From an uncultured archaeon (GTDB lineage Archaea; Asgardarchaeota; Thorarchaeia; Thorarchaeales; CAZPUN01): a stretch of DNA of 32,000 bases. The position numbers and the translations under genes are program-made. Below the pieces are notes generated by a model that made no database searches, had not been told where the DNA came from, and worked only from the letters and a program-made list of their open reading frames with translations. Shown here piece by piece: positions 25,047 through 32,000 of the stretch (position 1 is its first letter; the number at the start of each line of letters is the position of its first letter). The DNA lies in assembly GCA_964589775.1 (NCBI GenBank), contig CAZPUN010000009.1, positions 1 through 32,000 of the forward strand, read 5' to 3'.

Positions 25047-26000
25047 TTAGAATGCCTTTAGGTCTAATTTTTCGACAAGCTCTTTGTATCTGTTTCGAAC
25101 TGTAACTTCTGTTACTCTGGCAGTTCGCGCAATTTCTAGTTGTGTTTTTCTGTCCCCTTCCATTATACTGGCGACATAAATTGCGGCTGCTGCCAAGCCT
25201 TTGGGATCTTTTCCTATTGTAAGACCTTGCTTTTTCGCTAGTTCCAATATTTCGACGGCTCGCATTTTAGCGGTTCCTTTCAGATTTAGTTCGGTTCCAA
25301 ATCGCGAAACAAAATCTACCGGATCCGTAAATGGAATCTTTAAGTCGAGGTATCGCAAAATTAATCTAATACATAGGCTTAATTCTTTTCTACTGATGTG
25401 AATTTGGTCTCCGATTTCTTCAAGTGGTCTTGGTACACTATGAACTCTACATGCCAAATATAAGGACGCTGCTACCATGCCGAGAATTGTTCTTCCGCGT
25501 GTTAGCTTTTTCTTTAATGCTTTCCTGTATATTACTGCGGCTGTTGCCCTGATGTTTTGTGGTATTCCCAATTGGCTTGAAATTCTATGTAATTCAGTCA
25601 TGGCGACTGCTAAGTTCCTTTTATCAGATGAATGTACTTTTGTTCGTATTTGCCATCGTCTTAATCGATGTATTTGCGAACGTGTTTTTCCACTGATTTT
25701 ATTTCCGAACGCATCAACGTTCTGTTTTCCAATAATAGTTGTTAATCCTTTATCGAATTTTGTGAGATCCATTGGACCTCCTACGCGATCTCGTGATGCT
25801 TGTTCGTCACTCGTGAATGCGCGCCATTCTGGCCCCTGATCAATTATTTGGTCTCCAATAACCAGACCACAATTACTGCAAACAATCTCTCCTCGGCTAT
25901 AATCAATAAAAAGTGATCGGGAACCGCATGCTGGGCATTCATATTTGTCTTTATCAAAGCCTCTTGGTGAGGCATTATATTGAATATTACTTCCCGCCAT
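25047..26000 (-). CDS. tfb: Transcription initiation factor IIB
   Basis: Zn ribbon CPACG..CSNCG, B-reader DQGPEWRAF, two cyclin repeats and VTEVTVRNRYKEL. Confidence 0.97.
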   Translation of the reverse strand: MAGSNIQYNASPRGFDKDKYECPACGSRSLFIDYSRGEIVCSNCGLVIGDQIIDQGPEWRAFTSDEQASRDRVGGPMDLTKFDKGLTTIIGKQNVDAFGNKISGKTRSQIHRLRRWQIRTKVHSSDKRNLAVAMTELHRISSQLGIPQNIRATAAVIYRKALKKKLTRGRTILGMVAASLYLACRVHSVPRPLEEIGDQIHISRKELSLCIRLILRYLDLKIPFTDPVDFVSRFGTELNLKGTAKMRAVEILELAKKQGLTIGKDPKGLAAAAIYVASIMEGDRKTQLEIARTARVTEVTVRNRYKELVEKLDLKAF

Positions 26001-26044
26001 GAATCTATCTCCAATTCCTCATGTTTTTTAATTACATGAGTCTT

Positions 26045-26136
26045 GATAGATCGAGGGGTGCAACCTGGGGATGCTGTAATATCTTCCTTCCTTGCTCTCT
26101 CGCACTGAAACAGGATGCATTATGCACGATCTAGTC
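26045..26136. ncRNA. Candidate structured RNA element between tfb and argS (tfb 5' leader or sRNA)
   Basis: GC-richer than its flanks, with nested complementary arms TAGATCG/CGATCTA and TGCAaCCTG/CAGGaTGCA. A TATA-like TTATATATAA lies at about 26155-26164. Confidence 0.4.
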
Positions 26137-26291
26137 ATTTATAAAATAGCAGATTTATATATAAGTGTTGCTTGCTTTCCATAAGTAAAATTACTATTTA
26201 CATACCTCTTATTTACATAATATTTGCAAAATTTTCAAAGATTGATAAAGTTAAAAGAGAATTTTTTTTACTTTAATCAGGTGTTAATGTA

Positions 26292-28202
26292 ATGAGCCAG
26301 ATTAATGGTATTTCTCCATGGGATCATATTGTAAATGAAGTTCTAGAATTATTGCATAGATTCACAAATATCGATAAGGATACGTTAAGAAACACTCTAA
26401 GTGAGCCTCCAGATCCTAAGTATGGGGATTTGGCCACGACTATCGCATTTAGATTAGCAAAAACTCAGAGAAAAAATCCTGCAATGATAGCGAAAGAAAT
26501 AGTTGAAAAAATGAACGCTAATGGATTGCCCTCGGTACTTTCTGAAGTTAAAACCGCGGGTCCTTATATTAATTTCTATATTAATCGGAGTGAGCTAGCA
26601 AAAATAACTATTGAACGGGTCATATCTCAAGATCTTGATTATGGGGTTTCGAATGCATTTGAAGGATTGCATGCGATAGTTGAATTTCCTGCAGTAAACC
26701 CCTCAAAACCATGGCATATTGGCCATGCCCGAAACGCAATTGTTGGTGACACTGTTTCTAATTTACTTGAAAAAGTAGGATATAGAGTAACTCGGCTTGA
26801 TTATATTAACGATTTAGGTCTTCAGGTTGCCCAGCTGATTTGGAAGCTAAGAAAATTAAGTAATATTAATACTGATGAGAAGTTTGATCATTTTCTAGGT
26901 AAATTGTATGTTGAAGTTCAAAAAGAAATTGAATCTGATCCAAGTGTTGAAGAAGAAATTCGTGAGACATCGCGTTTAATGGAATCCGGAAATAATGAGA
27001 TTTCAGATTTTGCAAGTGATATTGTTACGCGATGTGTCAAAGCTCAATATGCAACTGCATATAGATTAAATATATTTCATGACCTGCAGATTTGGGAAAG
27101 TACTCTTGCTCATTCACATCTTCTCGATGAAGTTAAAAAACAAATATTAAACAAGGTTGATAGTGTCTTCGTGATGCCTGATGGTGAAAAAGCTGGCTGT
27201 ATCGTAGCGCGTCTTGACGTCTTCGAGGAATTTAAAGATATGCGAGACCCCTATAAGGTTCTGTTTCGTTCGGATGGAACTAGAACCTACGTGGGTGCGG
27301 ATATCTCTTTACAAATGTGGAAATTTGGGTTAATTAAAGACCCCTTCAAATATAGTGTTTTTGATGTTCAACCTAATGGCAAAAAAGTTCTCAGGTCTGA
27401 TTTAGAAGGCGAGACAATCAAGCATCAAAAAGTAAACAAGGTATTTAATGTAGTAGGCGCAGAACAAGCACATCCGCAACGCTTGGTGTATCTTATTTTA
27501 GATTTACTTGGATATAAGAAGGAAAGTGAGAATTCATATCATCTTGCATATGAACGGGTAACTGTTGATGAAGCTTCCTTATCTGGTCGTAAAGGCGGCT
27601 GGGTTGGGTTTACAACCGATGATGTTTTAGATCGTGCATTTGAAATTGCGCAAAAAGAGGTAAAAATGCGGAACCCTAATGCTAATGATGAATTTATATC
27701 AACCACTGCGGAGCAAATAGCTATCGGAGCAGTTCGATATGCTCTAATACGACAATCTCTGGATAAGCGTATTGATTTTAAATATTCTGAAGTTCTGGAT
27801 TTCAATGGCGATACCGGACCCTATCTACAATATGCGCATGCACGTGCCAGTAGAATCTTAGAACGTGTTGGAATGTTTTCTAAGCCTATTGATTATTCTC
27901 AGATCAATAATGATTATGAATTTGCTTTAATCAAAATGATTGCAAAATACCCTTCTATACTTGTGGAGATCGTACAAAATATCAAGAAAGAAACATGGGG
28001 TACTGATATACAACTTAATAGAATTCCAATATTCATCTATGAACTAGCAAATCTTTTCAGTAAATTCTATGATAATTGTCCTGTGTCTTCGGCAAAAAAT
28101 GAATCGCTAAAAAATGCTAGACTTGCTTTAGTCTATGCGTTTAAGAAGACGCTAGCAAGTGCATTGAATATTATTGGTGTTCCTCCTTTAGAAAAAATGT
28201 AA
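26292..28202 (+). CDS. argS: Arginine--tRNA ligase
   Basis: Motifs GDLA, GPYINF, NPSKPWHIGHARN, RSDGT, LSGRKG, GDTGPYLQYAHAR and C-terminal LEKM. Confidence 0.96.
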   Translation: MSQINGISPWDHIVNEVLELLHRFTNIDKDTLRNTLSEPPDPKYGDLATTIAFRLAKTQRKNPAMIAKEIVEKMNANGLPSVLSEVKTAGPYINFYINRSELAKITIERVISQDLDYGVSNAFEGLHAIVEFPAVNPSKPWHIGHARNAIVGDTVSNLLEKVGYRVTRLDYINDLGLQVAQLIWKLRKLSNINTDEKFDHFLGKLYVEVQKEIESDPSVEEEIRETSRLMESGNNEISDFASDIVTRCVKAQYATAYRLNIFHDLQIWESTLAHSHLLDEVKKQILNKVDSVFVMPDGEKAGCIVARLDVFEEFKDMRDPYKVLFRSDGTRTYVGADISLQMWKFGLIKDPFKYSVFDVQPNGKKVLRSDLEGETIKHQKVNKVFNVVGAEQAHPQRLVYLILDLLGYKKESENSYHLAYERVTVDEASLSGRKGGWVGFTTDDVLDRAFEIAQKEVKMRNPNANDEFISTTAEQIAIGAVRYALIRQSLDKRIDFKYSEVLDFNGDTGPYLQYAHARASRILERVGMFSKPIDYSQINNDYEFALIKMIAKYPSILVEIVQNIKKETWGTDIQLNRIPIFIYELANLFSKFYDNCPVSSAKNESLKNARLALVYAFKKTLASALNIIGVPPLEKM

Positions 28203-28226
28203 GAGGAGATTCCTCTCTACTTTTTT
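28202..28226 (+). terminator. Short hairpin plus T-tract after argS
   Basis: AGAGGA-gat-TCCTCT followed by ctacTTTTTT, between convergent genes. Confidence 0.4.
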
Positions 28227-29565
28227 ATTTACTTGCTACTTTGACTTCTTTAATCAAAATACTTGGTGAAATTATTGGACCAATTCTTCGGACATCCGCT
28301 GAAATATTTATAATGTTTTTAAAGAGATTCTTCATGTTTACTCCAATTAGTGTTTCCTTTATTGGGTGCTTAATCTCCCCATTTTCTATGTAAAATCCTT
28401 GTGATACTAAAGCGCTCAGATCTCCAGTAACCATATTTGGTGTATCCCCTGTGCTTCTCAATAATATTCCTCGTTTTACCTCCGAAATTAGGTCTTCTTG
28501 GGTACCTTTTAACGGTTGTACTACAAGGTTTGTTATTGATATTGTGGGAAGTCCTGCGTATGAATATCTAGAAGCATTTCCTGTGTTTTTTGTATGCATT
28601 TTATTTGCAGTATAACTATTGTGTAGATAGCTCTTCAAAATGCCTTTCTCAAAAATCTGGGTTTTCTGTGCAGGATACCCTTCTGCATCAAATATGCGCG
28701 ATGCAATTCCCCCTTCTACGGTTGCATTATCTTCAATGTTTAATATCTCGGAACCTATCTTTTCTTCAATAAGACCTGCTAAATATGATCTTTCATACAT
28801 AACTTCTTCAGCATTTAATGCGCGCCCCAATCCTGATCCTAGTACGTCCATTACTGCCATAGGATCTAAAATAAGATCCATAGTTGAAGTATCTACCTTC
28901 TTGGGATGAAGGCTCTTAATTGCATATTCTGTTGCGTTCTTGCCAACCATTTCAGGATTTAGCTCTTTTAATATTCTGCTTTCATCGAGTTCATAACTTG
29001 CCATCATTTCGTTATTTTCTTTAACAGTTGAATATATGTAGAGATTTGATTGAGTTGCTTTATCCGAAACTTGGATTCCTAAAGTATTTAATATGTATTT
29101 CTCGCCATATGATGCTGCTGCTTCTCCTGAAATTGAGTACAGTCTATCATCAGTTTTTGCTGCGTCAATTGCAACTTTCATTAATTGAGCTACATCTTCA
29201 GGTGATGCGAATTCAATATTTTTATCGTAACGTTTTTTGACTTCTGGATATTTTCCTGAATAACTGGGAAGTGAAACAAAATCTGAATCTGGGGTTGATG
29301 CTTTTGCTAATGCGATGGCTTGTTTTGCTACTTTTTCGATTTCATCTTCATTAAACGAAGTTATATATGCGTAACCAATTGCGTTGTTTATTATAACCCT
29401 AATTCCAATTCCTTGATCATATAATTGTCTTGCTGTCTTTATCACGCCATTTTCAACTTTTATTGCAATTCCTTTGGCTTTTGCAATGTAAACTTCAGCT
29501 TGATCTACATCTTTCTCTATTGTCTTTAAGATATTTTCACCAATTTTCAATAGATCTGTTTCCAT
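28225..29565 (-). CDS. pmbA: TldE/PmbA family protein
   Basis: Motifs GIGIRV, FDAEG, YLHNSYTA, TGNASR and TGDLS; lacks HExxxH; directly downstream of tldD. Confidence 0.9.
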   Translation of the reverse strand: METDLLKIGENILKTIEKDVDQAEVYIAKAKGIAIKVENGVIKTARQLYDQGIGIRVIINNAIGYAYITSFNEDEIEKVAKQAIALAKASTPDSDFVSLPSYSGKYPEVKKRYDKNIEFASPEDVAQLMKVAIDAAKTDDRLYSISGEAAASYGEKYILNTLGIQVSDKATQSNLYIYSTVKENNEMMASYELDESRILKELNPEMVGKNATEYAIKSLHPKKVDTSTMDLILDPMAVMDVLGSGLGRALNAEEVMYERSYLAGLIEEKIGSEILNIEDNATVEGGIASRIFDAEGYPAQKTQIFEKGILKSYLHNSYTANKMHTKNTGNASRYSYAGLPTISITNLVVQPLKGTQEDLISEVKRGILLRSTGDTPNMVTGDLSALVSQGFYIENGEIKHPIKETLIGVNMKNLFKNIINISADVRRIGPIISPSILIKEVKVASK

Positions 29566-29568
29566 GTT

Positions 29569-30954
29569 TTATTGTCCTCCTATAGGTATTTTCTCGATCC
29601 TTATGTAGGGTCCGCCAGTCATAACTGGTACCGACTGTCCCGACTTACCACAAACTCCCGGATTGAACTCAACATTTCTGCCTATTGCATTGATTTTATT
29701 TAGGACCTCTAAGATTGTTCCTGCTAATGCAGCGTCTCTTACAGCTGTTTTTAGTTCTCCATTCTCTATAATCCACCCATTCCATGACTTAAACATGAAT
29801 TGGCCCACTGCGGGTTCGACATAACCATATTCAAATCCTGCCATTAATATGCCATTTTTTGTATCTTCTATGATTTCGTCCTTGGACCAGTCTCCAGGTT
29901 CCATAAACGTATTGGACATACGCGGAATTGGAACGTAGCCATAATCTTGGGCCCTCGCAGCTCCATTTGGTTCAAGATTTAGTCTAGCCGCAGTTTCTAA
30001 TGAGTGCAAAATTTCTGTTAGTACTCCATTTACAACTAATTTTCTCTTGCGTGTTTTTGTTCCTTCACTATCATATTCAAATGAGCCACGTAGTCCTGGA
30101 ATCGTAGGATCATCACTGAGGTTTACAAATTCATTACCCACCTTCTTTCCCAATTTATCCTCAAGTACTGTATTCTTTGCTGTGAACGCATCTGCTTCTG
30201 ATGCATGTCCAAATGCTTCATGAACAAAAACACCAGTAAGCTCAGGGTCTGCAACAACATCGAATACACCTGATGGGGCGGCTTTTGCTGATAATAACAT
30301 AACGGCTTGTTTGGCGCTTTCTTCACCTAACTTCTGAGCTTTTTCAGTTTCAAAAATTTCAAACCCACCTGCGAGTCCAATAGATTTGTATCCCCTTTGT
30401 CTATTTGTGCCTTCTCGAGCTGTAGTTAAAATAGATACTCTTGGCAGGCTAATTTGCATTTCCACGTGAGTTCCAAAGGAATTTGCTATAATTTTGTTCG
30501 AAATTACATCTGTATAAATTACTTTAGCCGTGGCAATTCTTGTATCAAAATTTCGTGCCTGCTCTGATAGGAATTTTACAAAATCTGTTTTATCGCTTAT
30601 AGGTATTTTATCTGTGGGCTTATTACCCAAATTAACACTTTTTCCTCTATACGCTTTCGCATCAATTTTAAATGGTTCCTTAATATAGGCTCTAGAAATT
30701 TTGGCTAATCTGACAGCCGAGTCCGCAGCTTCTTTGACGGCTTCTTTTGTGATTTTTGTTAGTGTAGCAAATCCCCAAGCGCCATCAATAAAAGCGCGAA
30801 TTCCAAGTCCTTTTTCATTAAATTGAATTACTTTCTTAGCGTTGTCATTAACAAACTCAAGGCGAGTTCCTGTATTGTGTTCAATGCGAATATCTGCAAA
30901 TTGAGCACCCGCCTTTAGTGCAAAATCAATAGCTATTTCTGTGATATCTTCCAA
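29569..30954 (-). CDS. tldD: TldD family metalloprotease
   Basis: Motifs FADIR, GLGIRAFIDGAWGFA, HEAFGHASEAD, YDSEG, PRMSNT and CGKSGQSVPV..GGP. Confidence 0.94.
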   Translation of the reverse strand: MEDITEIAIDFALKAGAQFADIRIEHNTGTRLEFVNDNAKKVIQFNEKGLGIRAFIDGAWGFATLTKITKEAVKEAADSAVRLAKISRAYIKEPFKIDAKAYRGKSVNLGNKPTDKIPISDKTDFVKFLSEQARNFDTRIATAKVIYTDVISNKIIANSFGTHVEMQISLPRVSILTTAREGTNRQRGYKSIGLAGGFEIFETEKAQKLGEESAKQAVMLLSAKAAPSGVFDVVADPELTGVFVHEAFGHASEADAFTAKNTVLEDKLGKKVGNEFVNLSDDPTIPGLRGSFEYDSEGTKTRKRKLVVNGVLTEILHSLETAARLNLEPNGAARAQDYGYVPIPRMSNTFMEPGDWSKDEIIEDTKNGILMAGFEYGYVEPAVGQFMFKSWNGWIIENGELKTAVRDAALAGTILEVLNKINAIGRNVEFNPGVCGKSGQSVPVMTGGPYIRIEKIPIGGQ

Positions 30955-31114
30955 GATCTATATCACCAAAACAATGTGTCATACTTTATCTTTTAATTCT
31001 TATTGCATGTCCATTTGCAAAAATAATCAATATATTTTTATGCAATTCCCAAAAAGTTTTTAATAGTGAATTTTGTTGATGACACATCAGCTTAGTATAA
31101 GGAGCTGCAAGAAC

Positions 31115-32000
31115 GTGTCTATAGTTAACGTATGGAACTACGCCTTCATCAATGCAATAATTCGCGCACGGAAATCTTCGCTACTTCGTATTGGAGACTA
31201 TGAACGCCTTCTCCAAGCCAAAAGCTTTGAAGATTTTATTCGAATGTTGGGTGCAACACCTTATTCCACTATGATTGCGCGAAGTAAATCGCCTAATATC
31301 ACATTAGAGGACTTTGGATTTCTATTGTCGTCAGAATTTTCATTAGAATCTTCAAAAATGGAAAAATATCTTCATGGTAAGTCAAAGGAATTTCTAAAAT
31401 ATTACAATTATTACTTTCTATTTGATGCAATAAAGACAGTAATACGTGGTATTCACTTAAAAATACCCGCTGATGAAATCAAAAAATACATAATTTTGCA
31501 GGACAAAAAGAGTTACAAAATTATTGAAAATCTATTAAACTTGCATTCAGTTGAAGCCGTCATTGACGCGATTCCCTGGGCTAAGGTACGAAATAAATTA
31601 AGAACGGCGTTACCTCAGTATCAGCAACTAAATTCAACAATTCCGTTAGAAATTGCAATCGAGAGACATTATTATGAAAGTATACTAAAACTATCTAGAA
31701 AACTTCTGTCATCATATGATGCAAAGCGCGCAATTAACATCGTAAACCTAAAAGTCTTTAGCGTAAACACCATCACAGCAATTCGTGGTATAAACTTAAA
31801 GATCCCGAAGGATTATCTTAAAGAAATGTTAATTGGGCCATCTAATTATGTTTCAATGTTTTCAATGTTCATTGATAGATCAAATACAATCAATGATTTA
31901 TTCAATCTAATGGAACAAACAAAACTCAGAGATCTTGTAAATCGAATCAGGAATACCTATGAGGAAACAAGAAGTCTATCTAATATAGATCAGCCAGTCG
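31115..32000 (+). CDS. ahaC: A/V-type ATP synthase subunit C (3' end outside window; not in ORF track)
   Basis: The frame is open from GTG 31115 to the window end: MSIVNVWNYAFINAIIRARKSSLLRIGDYERLLQAKSFEDFIRMLGATPY..., later LEIAIERHYY. SD AAGGAG upstream. Confidence 0.82.
   Translation, partial: MSIVNVWNYAFINAIIRARKSSLLRIGDYERLLQAKSFEDFIRMLGATPYSTMIARSKSPNITLEDFGFLLSSEFSLESSKMEKYLHGKSKEFLKYYNYYFLFDAIKTVIRGIHLKIPADEIKKYIILQDKKSYKIIENLLNLHSVEAVIDAIPWAKVRNKLRTALPQYQQLNSTIPLEIAIERHYYESILKLSRKLLSSYDAKRAINIVNLKVFSVNTITAIRGINLKIPKDYLKEMLIGPSNYVSMFSMFIDRSNTINDLFNLMEQTKLRDLVNRIRNTYEETRSLSNIDQPV

Noticed and set aside
26083-26095. GGAAGGAAG (minus strand) resembling the SRP RNA helix-8 motif
   Set aside because: The flanking helix-8 stem and the CAGG/AGCAG internal loop are absent.
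30974-31087. 9-bp inverted pair ATGTGTCAT / ATGACACAT at the two ends of the tldD-ahaC divergent gap
   Set aside because: It is short enough to arise by chance in AT-rich DNA, and the offsets from the putative TATA boxes differ.

Overview
AT-rich (roughly one-third GC by eye) archaeal housekeeping region, most consistent with a TACK/Asgard-type archaeon (L38e, L14e, L34e, L40e, TFB, Cbf5, TiaS, intron-rich tRNAs, a 7-bladed WD40 protein; the lineage call is inference). It is dense in translation and RNA-maturation genes: pth2, truD, a beta-CASP nuclease, mtaB, trm112, tiaS, tsr3, RNase P RNA, cbf5, argS and four tRNAs. It also carries endoQ, thiL, gcvPA/PB, comB, an asparaginase, tldD/pmbA and the start of A/V-ATPase subunit C. 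I found no CRISPR array, transposase or integrase. Features missed by the ORF track are rpl40e, two tandem ribbon-helix-helix micro-ORFs behind a 30-bp palindrome, the ATPase C ORF, four tRNAs (three with introns, including non-canonical 25/26 and 29/30 positions) and rnpB. The best leads are the RHH doublet with its palindrome, the WD40 plus MIT-like helical-repeat protein, the radical-SAM-HhH/EndoQ operon, a structured element upstream of tfb, and a 46-bp duplication that rewrites the L14e C-terminus. All family assignments come from motif recognition, not database searches.
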